Shown: positions 38,772 through 47,313, counted from the stretch's first letter. The stretch is 47,735 nucleotides of DNA from an uncultured Gammaproteobacteria bacterium (GCA_964194995.1 CAXMPS010000227.1:1-47735); one strand, 5' to 3'. Numbers and translations: made by a program. Notes: generated by a model from the sequence alone, not told the origin.

Positions 38772-39314
38772 ATCAACGAGCTCCGTGTGAACGGCGCGAT
38801 CAGAGCAAAGGAAGTGCGAGTTGTCGCACCAGATGGCTCACAGATAGGAGTCAAGAAGCTGAGCGAGGCCCTATGGCTTGCTGAGCAACTCGATCTGGAT
38901 CTCGTCGAAGTGGCGCCAAAGGCGAAGCCGCCGGTGTGCCGTTTGATGGACTACGGGAAGTACAAGTACGAGCAGTCCATCAAACAACGGGAAGCTCGCA
39001 AGAACCAGACCCGCACCACCATCAAAGAGCTTCGGATGAAGGTTCGCATTGGCGACCACGACTTCGATATCACCCGAAGGAAGACACATGACTTCCTGGA
39101 GGATGGCGACAAGGTGAAGTTCACGATTCGCTTCCGGGGACGGGAGCAGGAGCGGCCCGGTTTCGGGAAGGACCTACTCGATCGCCTTGCGGAGGAAGTC
39201 TCTGAGGTGGGAACAGTCGAACAGGCTCCCAAGATCGAGGGGCGGAGCATGACGATGGTGCTGGCGCCGGTGAGGCATCCAAGAGCCTCCGCGAAGAGCG
39301 ACGAGCAGACGTGA
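38772..39314 (+). CDS. infC: translation initiation factor IF-3 (probable non-AUG ATC start)
   Basis: Conserved IF-3 sequence (NGAIRAKEVRVVAPDGSQIGV...PPVCRLMDYGKYKYEQ). AGGAGG lies at 38759-38764, and ATC 38772 is 7 nt downstream of it. The only canonical in-frame candidate, TTG 38745, lies within the terminator T-tract and upstream of the SD. Confidence 0.85.
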   Translation: MNELRVNGAIRAKEVRVVAPDGSQIGVKKLSEALWLAEQLDLDLVEVAPKAKPPVCRLMDYGKYKYEQSIKQREARKNQTRTTIKELRMKVRIGDHDFDITRRKTHDFLEDGDKVKFTIRFRGREQERPGFGKDLLDRLAEEVSEVGTVEQAPKIEGRSMTMVLAPVRHPRASAKSDEQT

Positions 39315-39330
39315 GAGTTAGGAGAAGGCC

Positions 39331-39525
39331 GTGCCAAAGATGAAGACACACAGCGGCGCTAAGAAGCGAATCAGGATCACGGGAACCGGCAAGTACATGC
39401 GCCGGCAATCCGGGCGCGGCCATCTGCGTCTCGCCAAGGGCAAGTCCAGCTACCGCCGTCTGACTGGTGAAACCACTCTGGCCCCTGGTGACGCCAAGGT
39501 CATCAAAAAGCAACTCGGCCGCTGA
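39331..39525 (+). CDS. rpmI: 50S ribosomal protein L35
   Basis: 64 aa with a GTG start: MPKMKTHSGAKKRIRITGTGK. Confidence 0.93.
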   Translation: MPKMKTHSGAKKRIRITGTGKYMRRQSGRGHLRLAKGKSSYRRLTGETTLAPGDAKVIKKQLGR

Positions 39526-39543
39526 GCGCCCAGGAGGTACGAA

Positions 39544-39894
39544 ATGGCACGTGTAAAGCGAGCTGTCCCCGCCAAGAAGTCGCACAAAAAGGTTCTCGAT
39601 CGGGCCAGTGGCTACAAGGGCGCCAGAAGCCGGAGATTCAAGACCGCGAATGAGCAGGTCATGCACGCAATGCAGGACTCCTATCGCGACCGGCGAGCCC
39701 GGAAGGGTGAGTTCCGTCGCCTATGGATCGCCCGGATCAACGCCGCGGCCCGGCAGAACGGAGTGACCTACTCCCGGTTCATTGCCGGCCTCAAGACCAA
39801 TGGCGTCGAGGTCGACCGGAAGATGCTCGCCGAGATGGCCGTCAACGATCCGTCGGCATTTTCGCAGCTGGTCGAGGTCTCGAAGCAGAACTGA
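39544..39894 (+). CDS. rplT: 50S ribosomal protein L20
   Basis: 116 aa: [18 protein letters not shown]...[11 protein letters not shown]. Confidence 0.95.
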   Translation: MARVKRAVPAKKSHKKVLDRASGYKGARSRRFKTANEQVMHAMQDSYRDRRARKGEFRRLWIARINAAARQNGVTYSRFIAGLKTNGVEVDRKMLAEMAVNDPSAFSQLVEVSKQN

Positions 39895-39917
39895 TTCCGA
39901 CAGGAGTCGACTTACTC

Positions 39918-40697
39918 ATGGAGCCGGTCCGCAGCCATCGCAACTCGCGAGTGGTCGAAGCGGCCCGGCTTCATCACGCTCGGGTTCGAAAAGAGACCGG
40001 TCGGTCCCTGCTCGAGGGGCCAAATCTTTTGGCCGAAGCACTGGCCGCCGGTGTCGGGCCGCTTCAGGTATTCGCCCTCGCCGACGACCGGGATACCGCA
40101 TCTCTGGCGGCTGAGAGCGATTTGGAGCTCTTGGTCGTCGACGAGCGAGCGATGGACCGGCTTGCGGGGACCACCACCCCGAGGGGGCCCGTCGCCGAGT
40201 TTGAGATCCCAAAGAACGCACATCTTGCGGGCACCGGTCTGTTGGTCTCCTGGGGTGTGAGCGATCCCGGGAACGTTGGCACCATGATCCGCACGGCGTC
40301 TGCGTTCGGCTGGGACTTTGGCTATGCCACTGGTTCCGCCGACGCGTGGTCTCCCAAGGTGTTGCGAGCCGCCGCTGGGGGGCACTTCGGGGTGGCCATG
40401 ATCCAGGTCGAGTCGCCCGGTCAACTTGCCGCCCTGGGTTACACGACAGTCGCCACGGTGGTCGAGGGCGGGGCGTCGCCGGACACATTACGGTTGGAGC
40501 GGCCCGCCGTGTTGGTCGGCGAGGAGGCCCATGGCCTCCCAGCCGGGATAGCGGCCCAGTGTGACGAGCGGGCAACTGTTTCCATGCCGGGCGCGGCCGA
40601 GAGTTTGAATGCAGCAGTTGCCGCAGGGATCGTGGTCTATGCGATCGCGAACAGCCTGGCTCACCCGGAACCCGGGTCTAACCTGCCGCCGACATGA
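39918..40697 (+). CDS. TrmH/SpoU-family RNA 2'-O-methyltransferase
   Basis: The track ORF opens at 39723 inside rplT. The in-frame ATG at 39918 (MEPVRSHRNSRVVEAARL) is the likely start. The SpoU motifs are GNVGTMIRTASAFG, LVGEEAHGL and ESLNAAVAAGIVVY. Confidence 0.85.
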   Translation: MEPVRSHRNSRVVEAARLHHARVRKETGRSLLEGPNLLAEALAAGVGPLQVFALADDRDTASLAAESDLELLVVDERAMDRLAGTTTPRGPVAEFEIPKNAHLAGTGLLVSWGVSDPGNVGTMIRTASAFGWDFGYATGSADAWSPKVLRAAAGGHFGVAMIQVESPGQLAALGYTTVATVVEGGASPDTLRLERPAVLVGEEAHGLPAGIAAQCDERATVSMPGAAESLNAAVAAGIVVYAIANSLAHPEPGSNLPPT

Positions 40698-41740
40698 CCG
40701 ATTCCCCGAAACTCGACGAAGCGCTGGCCGCCGCCCCTGGTGCGATCTCAGCCGCAGCCACCCTGGCTGAGCTTGATGAGATCGAAAAAGCTCTGTTGGG
40801 CAACACTTCAGCGGTCGGCGAAACCCGGAGGTCGATGGGATCTCTCGACCCGGCTGATCGGCCCACGGTTGGCGCCCGGCTCAACGTGGCCACCAAGGAG
40901 ATTCAGGGGCTTCTCGCCTCCCGGCTATCCGAGCTAGAGGCACAGGATGAGGAACGCCGATTAGACGACGAGAGGATCGATGTCACCTTGGAATCGATCG
41001 TGCTCGAAAGCGGTTCGCTGCATCTTCTCCAGCAGACGATCAACGAAATTGTTGACATCTTCGTTTCTCTCGGATATCAGGTTGCCACCGGTCCCGAGGC
41101 CGAGCTCGCCTGGTACAACTTCGATGCGCTCAACACTCCGCCGACACATCCGAGTCGTCTCGAGAGCGACACGATGTACCTGGACTTCGGCGACCCAGCC
41201 GACGAGGTCCTGCTTCGCACCCATACCTCCCCCGTTCAGGCTCGCTGGATGGAAGCCAACGACCCGCCCGTATACATCGTCGTCCCCGGCAAGACCTATC
41301 GGCTTGACACAGTCGACGCCACCCATCTCCCTGTGTTCCATCAGATCGAGGGCCTGGCTGTTGACGAAAACATCACCTTCTCCGACCTGAAAGGAACTCT
41401 TGCCCATTGGGCCAGGGAGTTTTTCGGACCAAAGACGAAGGTGAGATTCAGGCCCCATTTCTTCCCATTCACGGAGCCAAGTGCGGAACTCGATGTTTCT
41501 TGCTTCGCCTGTGACGGGGGCGAGCCCACTTGTCGCGTCTGCAAGGGCGCAGGATGGCTTGAGATGATGGGCTGTGGCGTGGTCGACCCGAATGTGCTTG
41601 AAGCCGTCGGCTATGACCCCGCCGCGGTGAGCGGATTCGCCTTTGGGATGGGAGTGGAACGCCCGGCGATGGTGCGTCATGGAATCAACAGCATCAGACA
41701 CTTCGTTGACAACGATCTGCGATTCCTGAGGCAGTTCTGA
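40694..41740 (+). CDS. pheS: phenylalanine--tRNA ligase alpha subunit
   Basis: 348 aa with an ATGA overlap. Motifs HPSR, FHQIEGL, FPFTEPSAE and GFAFGMGVERP are present. Confidence 0.95.
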   Translation: MTDSPKLDEALAAAPGAISAAATLAELDEIEKALLGNTSAVGETRRSMGSLDPADRPTVGARLNVATKEIQGLLASRLSELEAQDEERRLDDERIDVTLESIVLESGSLHLLQQTINEIVDIFVSLGYQVATGPEAELAWYNFDALNTPPTHPSRLESDTMYLDFGDPADEVLLRTHTSPVQARWMEANDPPVYIVVPGKTYRLDTVDATHLPVFHQIEGLAVDENITFSDLKGTLAHWAREFFGPKTKVRFRPHFFPFTEPSAELDVSCFACDGGEPTCRVCKGAGWLEMMGCGVVDPNVLEAVGYDPAAVSGFAFGMGVERPAMVRHGINSIRHFVDNDLRFLRQF

Positions 41741-44133
41741 TGCTTGTCCCCTTGCGCTGGCTATCCGAGTTCATCGATCTTCCAACCAACGATCCGGTTG
41801 ACCTTTCCGCTGTCCTGGCGATGGTTGGCCACGGGGTTGAGGGATTCGAGGTCATGGAGGCGAATTGGACCGGAGTCGTCGTCGGGAGAGTGTCAGCCAT
41901 CGCCCCCCATCCAGACGCCGACAAGATCCGGGTTTGCCAGGTCGACACCGGGAAGGGGCCCGAGCAGATCATTTGTGGCGCCTGGAACTTCGACGAAGGT
42001 GCGTATGTCGCGGTGGCCGAGCCGGGAGCTGTCTTGCCGGGCGATTTCAAGATTGGGCAACGGATGATCCGAGGAATCGAGTCCAACGGGATGATCTGTT
42101 CGGAGAATGAGCTCGGGCTTGGTGACGACCAAGCAGGCATCATGGTTCTCGATGGTGAACCCGAGTTGGGGATTGAGTTCGCCGGCCTCGTCGAATTGCC
42201 TGATGTCGTCTTCGACTTGGACATCACACCGAACCGACCAGACGCTATGTCAATGGTCGGGATCGCCAGGGATCTTGCCGCTTACTACGGCATGACCTAC
42301 TCCATACCTGAGAGGGCGCTTGTGACTATCCCGGAGACGACCGATATTGAGGTTGAGATTGATGATCTGGTGGGTTGCCGTCGATTTGTCGCACACGAGA
42401 TTCGAAATGTGACAGTGGGTGTTTCGCCCCTTGCAGTGCGCCACCGCCTGGCTAAAGCCGGGGTTCGTCCCATATCCAACGTCGTCGACGTCACCAATTA
42501 TGTGATGCTGGAACTTGGCCAGCCACTCCATGCCTTCGATGCCCAGACGATCGTCGGGAACAACCTCCGCATTGCTCGGGCGTCCGACGGCGAGACCCTG
42601 GTGACTCTCGATGACGAAACGAGGATGCTCACCCCGGATGATCTCATCATCTATGACGCCGATGGCCCTACTTCAATGGCCGGAACAATGGGCGGCCTCC
42701 GCTCCGAGGTTTCCGCCGATACAACCAGTGTTCTCATGGAGGCCGCTTCCTGGGATCCGCCAACGATCATGTACATGTCCCGGCGGCACGGTCTGAGGTC
42801 AGAGGCGTCGGCGCGGTTTGAGAGAGGTGTCGACCCCAACCGTGCTGACCTGGCAAGCCGGCGTGGCTCGGCGATGGTTGCCGAGTTGGCTGGAGGAGAA
42901 ATACTCGAAGGGCACGTAGACGAGATAGCCGCACCGACTGAGCCGGTGACGATTGAGCTTGCCCTCAGCGAGGTAAAAAGGCTCCTGGGCGTTGAGTTCT
43001 CTGCGGAGCAAGTGGCCCGAATCCTGACTTCGCTCGAGATGTCTGTGGCTGGCACAGACCCGATATCCGTGACGGTTCCTACATTCCGGCCGGATGTGAC
43101 ACGCCCGGCCGACCTGATCGAGGAGGTCGCTCGTATTCACGGATATGACAAGTTTCCCGAGACCTTGCCATTGGGAGTGTCGGGTGGGCTGACGGCCGAG
43201 CAACGGACCGAGCGGAAGCTCCATCATGCGATGACTGGGCTTGGCATCAGCCAGGCGGTCACCCTTCCGTTCGTGGGTGAAGACGATCTGGCCGCGCTGG
43301 GACGACGCGACGAAGTTGGTTCCCTGCTCACGGTGAAGAATCCTCTGCGCGAGGAGGAGAGCCGACTGAGGCCATCCATGCTGCCGAGCCTGCTGGGCGC
43401 CCTTCGATACAACATCTCGTACGGTGCCGCCTCAGTGGCTCTTTTCGAGACCGGACGGGTCTACTCGACGTCGCCCGATCCGGACGACGAGAGGATCCCG
43501 TACCAGCCGGCCCGGCTGGCGTGGAGCATTTACGGACCGTTCGGCGCTATTGGCTTGAGGATCGACGGACTGGAATCCGACGGCAATCTGTCATTGGCCA
43601 TCTTTCGAAGCCTGATTCGGTCGCTGGGGGTCGAGAATGTGTCGATTGAATCGGGTTCTGCCTCCGGATTCCATCCGGGAAGGACTGCCGCGGTATTGAT
43701 CGACGGATCTCTGTTGGGTCATGTGGGAGAGCTCCATCCTTCCGCCGGGCGTGCCTATGAGATCCCGGATCGAGTGGCCATCGCTGAGCTGGATCTCGCT
43801 CCTCTGCTGGTCCCACCGGAAGACGTATTGATGAAGGTGCCATCTGTGTTCCCATTCGTTGATTTTGATCTTTCCTTTGTCCTGCCCGACGAGACGACCG
43901 TCGCCGAGCTCGTCGCCGCCACTTCAGACGCCGCCGACGACCTGCTGGAAACCGCATCGGTGTTTGATGAGTTTCGGGGAGAGGGCATCGGTGACGGTCG
44001 ACGAGCGATCGCGATCCATTTCCGGCTTCGTTCCGGCGATCGAACCCTTAGCAACGAAGACGTGGCACCTGTTCGTCAGGCGATGATCGGCGCCGCTGCC
44101 TCACTGGGAGCGACGCTGCGTGGTGTGGCCTAG
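41740..44133 (+). CDS. pheT: phenylalanine--tRNA ligase beta subunit
   Basis: 797 aa with a TGATG overlap. The N-terminus is MLVPLRWLSEFIDL, followed by the tRNA-binding OB domain (HPDADKIRVCQVD) and B3/4, B5 and FDX-ACB-like regions. Confidence 0.95.
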   Translation: MLVPLRWLSEFIDLPTNDPVDLSAVLAMVGHGVEGFEVMEANWTGVVVGRVSAIAPHPDADKIRVCQVDTGKGPEQIICGAWNFDEGAYVAVAEPGAVLPGDFKIGQRMIRGIESNGMICSENELGLGDDQAGIMVLDGEPELGIEFAGLVELPDVVFDLDITPNRPDAMSMVGIARDLAAYYGMTYSIPERALVTIPETTDIEVEIDDLVGCRRFVAHEIRNVTVGVSPLAVRHRLAKAGVRPISNVVDVTNYVMLELGQPLHAFDAQTIVGNNLRIARASDGETLVTLDDETRMLTPDDLIIYDADGPTSMAGTMGGLRSEVSADTTSVLMEAASWDPPTIMYMSRRHGLRSEASARFERGVDPNRADLASRRGSAMVAELAGGEILEGHVDEIAAPTEPVTIELALSEVKRLLGVEFSAEQVARILTSLEMSVAGTDPISVTVPTFRPDVTRPADLIEEVARIHGYDKFPETLPLGVSGGLTAEQRTERKLHHAMTGLGISQAVTLPFVGEDDLAALGRRDEVGSLLTVKNPLREEESRLRPSMLPSLLGALRYNISYGAASVALFETGRVYSTSPDPDDERIPYQPARLAWSIYGPFGAIGLRIDGLESDGNLSLAIFRSLIRSLGVENVSIESGSASGFHPGRTAAVLIDGSLLGHVGELHPSAGRAYEIPDRVAIAELDLAPLLVPPEDVLMKVPSVFPFVDFDLSFVLPDETTVAELVAATSDAADDLLETASVFDEFRGEGIGDGRRAIAIHFRLRSGDRTLSNEDVAPVRQAMIGAAASLGATLRGVA

Positions 44134-44693
44134 TGGCGGCTCTTAAAGATCTGCTCAGCGGGGCACCTGAGGAGGCGGCGCCAAAATTGCTCGGTTCCAC
44201 TCTGGTCTCGAAGATCGACGGGCATGTCGTACGAATCCGAATCACCGAAGTCGAGGCGTACAAAGGGTCGGACGATCCGGCCTCACACGCGTATCGAGGC
44301 CGCACCGACCGGAACTCATCGATGTTTGAGCAGCCCGGGACGCTATACGTTTATCGGTCATATGGCATTCACTGGTGTGCCAATGTGGCTGCGGGCTCCG
44401 TCGGGACCGGTTGGGGAATCCTTTTCCGCGGTGGCGAAGTCCAAGAAGGCAACGATGCTGTTCGTACCCGACGGGGGAGAAGCGAAGATCTTGCCAACGG
44501 TCCAGGAAAACTCTGCCAAGCCCTCGGTATCGACGGCTCGTGTGACGGAACCTATCTCTTTGCGGATGACTCACAAATCAAACTCGAGCCCGGACCTGCG
44601 CCTGAGTTGGTACTGGCCACGCCAAGGGTCGGGATCAACAAAGAGCAGGATCGTCCCTGGCGGTTCGTGGCGGCGTCTTCCATATCGGTCTAG
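44133..44693 (+). CDS. mpg: DNA-3-methyladenine glycosylase (Mpg/AAG family)
   Basis: 186 aa with a GTG start overlapping the pheT TAG by 1 nt. EAYKGSDDPASHAYRGRTDRNSSMFEQPGTLYVYRSYGIHWCANV is present. Confidence 0.9.
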   Translation: MAALKDLLSGAPEEAAPKLLGSTLVSKIDGHVVRIRITEVEAYKGSDDPASHAYRGRTDRNSSMFEQPGTLYVYRSYGIHWCANVAAGSVGTGWGILFRGGEVQEGNDAVRTRRGRSEDLANGPGKLCQALGIDGSCDGTYLFADDSQIKLEPGPAPELVLATPRVGINKEQDRPWRFVAASSISV

Positions 44694-44788
44694 TTAATCC
44701 GCGTCGACACCGAGCGGATCTGATTCCCCCTGATGGGGCGATAAGTGCTGCTGCGCCAACGGAAAGAGGAGACGGTTAGGTTGCGGTC

Positions 44789-45577
44789 ATGAGTGGAGAC
44801 TCTCGCGCACACAAGGATCGCATTGTCCAGGACTGGTTGCCGAGGTACACGGGGATGGAAGTCGACGAGTTCGGTGACTACGTACTGCTGACCAACTTCA
44901 AGGGATATGTGGATACGTTCGCCCGCAGATTCGACTGCGAGGTCAAGGGGATTGACCGCCCGATGCAGGCGGCGAGCAACGGCGAAGGTCTGACCATCGT
45001 CAACTTTGGGATCGGGACCGCCAATGCGGCAACCATTATGGACCTGCTGACGGCCCGAATACCACAGGGGGTCTTGTTCCTCGGCAAGTGCGGCGGCCTC
45101 AAGAAGTCGACTGAGATTGGCCATTTCATCCTTCCGATCGCCGCCATACGAGGGGAAGGAACATCCGATGACTACCTTCCGCCCGAGGTGCCGGCTCTGC
45201 CTTCCTTCAAGCTGCACAAGTTCGTGTCCGAGAAGATCATGGAGCGGGGCTTCGAATACCGAACCGGGGTTGTCTACACGACCAACCGTCGCCTCTGGGA
45301 ACACGATGAGGAGTTCCTTGCTCGTCTCAAGGATCTGACGGTGATTGCCATTGACATGGAAACGGCGACACTCTTCATTGTTGGTCACTCCAACCAGATC
45401 TCGCGCGGCGCCCTGCTTCTTGTGTCCGATGTACCGACAACGCCCGAAGGGGTGAAGACCGAGGCCAGCGATCAACGGGTGACCGCCGACTGGGCCGAGC
45501 ACCATCTGGATCTCGGCATATCAGCTATGAGCGACATCGCCGACGAGGGTGAGCCGATCAAGCACTTCACCTTTTAG
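44789..45577 (+). CDS. AMP nucleosidase-like nucleoside phosphorylase-fold protein (short form, catalytic domain only)
   Basis: 262 aa. GIGTANAATIMDLL, FLGKCGGL, DDYLPPEVPA, AIDMETATLF and LLLVSDVP line up with the C-terminal catalytic domain of E. coli Amn as I remember it. There is no N-terminal regulatory domain. Confidence 0.7.
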   Translation: MSGDSRAHKDRIVQDWLPRYTGMEVDEFGDYVLLTNFKGYVDTFARRFDCEVKGIDRPMQAASNGEGLTIVNFGIGTANAATIMDLLTARIPQGVLFLGKCGGLKKSTEIGHFILPIAAIRGEGTSDDYLPPEVPALPSFKLHKFVSEKIMERGFEYRTGVVYTTNRRLWEHDEEFLARLKDLTVIAIDMETATLFIVGHSNQISRGALLLVSDVPTTPEGVKTEASDQRVTADWAEHHLDLGISAMSDIADEGEPIKHFTF

Positions 45578-45624
45578 TCTCGAATCCTTGTCTCGTAGGA
45601 GACATCATTTACCCTGCGCCGGAC

Positions 45625-46824
45625 ATGAGCTCCGAGGAACGACTCGATCGACTGCTGCGCTACGTGGACCAGGTGGTTCCGGAGGAGGAACTCGCCGAGA
45701 AACTAGCGGAAGGCAGGCCTCTCAGAGTCAAGCTAGGCCTTGATCCGACCGCGCCGACTGTGACACTTGGGTGGGCCGTAGTGCTTCGAAAGCTTCGGCA
45801 GTTTCAGGAGCTAGGCCACACGGCCGTTCTGATTGTTGGGGACTTCACCGCCCAGGTGGGTGATCCGGCGGAGCGGTCGTCCACCCGGAGGCGCCTCTCG
45901 GCAGCCGAGGTGAATGGCTACGCAGAGAATGTCCTGGGCCAGTTCAGAAAGATCCTGCTGGAAGAGAACCTGGAGATTCGGCGCAACTCGGAATGGCTGG
46001 GCCAGCTCGACATGGGAGGGCTCCTCGAGCTCACGTCATCGGCCACCGTGGCCCAGATGCTGGAACGTTCCGACTTTGCCAAACGGTATGAGCAGGGGTC
46101 ACCCATTTCGGTGATGGAGTTTCTCTACCCACTTCTACAGGGTTACGACTCCGTAGCCGTCAAGGCCGACATTGAGCTGGGTGGCAGCGATCAACTGTGG
46201 AACCTCATGATGGGAAGAGTGGTTCAGGAGAGGTACGGCCAGAGGCCCCAGATCGCGGTCACCATGCCGCTGTTGGTCGGCACCGACGGAGTCAAAAAGA
46301 TGTCACAGTCGTTGGGCAACTATGTTGGCGTCGAGGACGACCCGTCACAGATGTTCGGCAAGGCGATGAGTCTTCCTGACCAAACGATGCCCGAGTGGTT
46401 CCGGTTGGCCGCCGATCTGGATCCTGAAGAAGTCGACGTACTTGAGGCGGACCTCGAATCGGGCAAACTCCATCCCGGAATAGCCAAGAGAAAACTGGCG
46501 ACTGCAGTCGTCGCGCTGTACTGGGGCGACGAGGCGGCATCAGCGGCCGAGATCGCTTTCGACCAGGTCTTCAAGGAAGGCGGCGTCCCCGACGACATTG
46601 GGCAACATCGTCTCCCCGACCAGGATCCGGTTCAATTGCCCGGGCTCATTCGGGACGCGTTTGGCACCTCTGGATCCGAGGCGCGCCGGCTTCTGACGCA
46701 AGGCGCGGTGAGCCTCGACGGCGAATCGGTGCTCGATAGCGAAGTTTCACGATCGGATCTGGATGGCCGAGTGCTCCGAGTGGGTAAGCGCCGTTTCGTG
46801 CGCCTGGTCGATCGACTTGACTAG
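45625..46824 (+). CDS. tyrS: tyrosine--tRNA ligase (Thermus-type, C-terminal S4-like domain) with atypical signature motifs
   Basis: 399 aa, collinear with type-2 TyrRS (VKLGLDPTAP, AVVLRKLRQFQELGH, GDFTAQVGDP, YPLLQGYDS, GGSDQ, PLLVGTDG, ARRLLTQGAVSLDG). TLGW replaces HIGH at 45763-45774, and KMSQS replaces KMSKS at 46297-46311. Confidence 0.88.
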   Translation: MSSEERLDRLLRYVDQVVPEEELAEKLAEGRPLRVKLGLDPTAPTVTLGWAVVLRKLRQFQELGHTAVLIVGDFTAQVGDPAERSSTRRRLSAAEVNGYAENVLGQFRKILLEENLEIRRNSEWLGQLDMGGLLELTSSATVAQMLERSDFAKRYEQGSPISVMEFLYPLLQGYDSVAVKADIELGGSDQLWNLMMGRVVQERYGQRPQIAVTMPLLVGTDGVKKMSQSLGNYVGVEDDPSQMFGKAMSLPDQTMPEWFRLAADLDPEEVDVLEADLESGKLHPGIAKRKLATAVVALYWGDEAASAAEIAFDQVFKEGGVPDDIGQHRLPDQDPVQLPGLIRDAFGTSGSEARRLLTQGAVSLDGESVLDSEVSRSDLDGRVLRVGKRRFVRLVDRLD

Positions 46825-46844
46825 AAATTGGGGTTCGTTACTAT
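46817..46844 (+). promoter_or_regulatory. candidate sigma-70-type promoter (rrn P1): TTGACT-16 nt-TACTAT
   Basis: TTGACT (46817-46822) overlaps the tyrS TAG. TACTAT lies at 46839-46844. The element is in the only long non-coding stretch upstream of the 16S gene. Confidence 0.5.
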
Positions 46845-46918
46845 TCCGTATCCGGTCGAGGACTAACGACTCGGCCACCCACCAGCCGGTGGGGCGCCTG
46901 AGTCGCGCCACGCCGGGT

Positions 46919-46948
46919 TTGTCATCTGTATCGGGGCCGCGGTACTAT
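46919..46948 (+). promoter_or_regulatory. candidate sigma-70-type promoter (rrn P2): TTGTCA-18 nt-TACTAT
   Basis: TTGTCA lies at 46919-46924 and TACTAT at 46943-46948. The -10 hexamer is identical to that of P1, 104 nt upstream. Confidence 0.45.
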
Positions 46949-47011
46949 CGCCGGCCCGCCTGACATTGAAACATCGGGTGTGGGCCTGTCCAGCAGACTG
47001 AACAGGTGCGA

Positions 47012-47082
47012 GTTTCCGAAAGGAAACAAGAGCCCGCAGTTTCGCTTGCGAAACTGCATACGGCTCGAGCGGAGCTCGAGCC
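47012..47082 (+). promoter_or_regulatory. three consecutive perfect stem-loops in the rrn leader
   Basis: HP1: gtttcc-gaaa-ggaaac (47012-47027). HP2: gcagtttcg-cttg-cgaaactgc (47036-47057). HP3: ggctcgagc-gga-gctcgagcc (47062-47082). None is followed by a T-tract. Confidence 0.6.
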
Positions 47083-47087
47083 GCGGC

Positions 47088-47109
47088 TCCTTGACAACTG
47101 AACAATGTG
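47088..47109 (+). promoter_or_regulatory. boxA-like rRNA antitermination element
   Basis: tccTTGAcAACTgAAcAaTGTG resembles Gram-positive and mycobacterial leader boxA-type sequences as I remember them (..TTTGAGAACTCAATAGTGTG). It lies directly 3' of hairpin HP3, matching a boxB-boxA arrangement. Confidence 0.4.
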
Positions 47110-47313
47110 CCAAAAGCCAGCATGCACACTCCCGCTGTCGATTCGTCGGCAAGGAGTGAGCATCTATGACGATGAAACACTCTCGAGCAATCGAGGGTGG
47201 GAAATCAGTACAAAAACAGCAATAGCTCTAGGGCCCCTCACGGGCCCTGGACCCAAATTGCAAACACTTCACTGACAGGATGCAGCCCGTTCTTCGAACA
47301 GGTTGTTTGAATG

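Noticed and set aside
38566-38790. 74-aa ORF filling the ribH-infC spacer.
   Set aside because: The sequence is Ala/Arg/Ser-rich and reads straight through the terminator hairpin and the infC SD. The region is better explained as leader RNA.
44224-44697. 157-aa alternative-frame ORF inside mpg.
   Set aside because: The mpg frame carries the diagnostic AAG-family motifs. The alternative frame has none.
47091-47096. A perfect TTGACA hexamer that looks like a -35 box.
   Set aside because: No TAnnnT-type -10 lies 16-19 nt downstream (AAGCCA/AGCCAG is found there). The surrounding sequence fits a boxA-like antitermination element better.
47166-47225. 19-codon ORF (MTMKHSRAIEGGKSVQKQQ) with an AAGGAG SD 9 nt upstream, inside the rrn leader.
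   Set aside because: It uses AAA/CAA/GTA-type codons, unlike the GC3-rich genes here. It lies in an rRNA leader that is normally untranslated, and I have no conservation evidence. It is most likely a coincidence.
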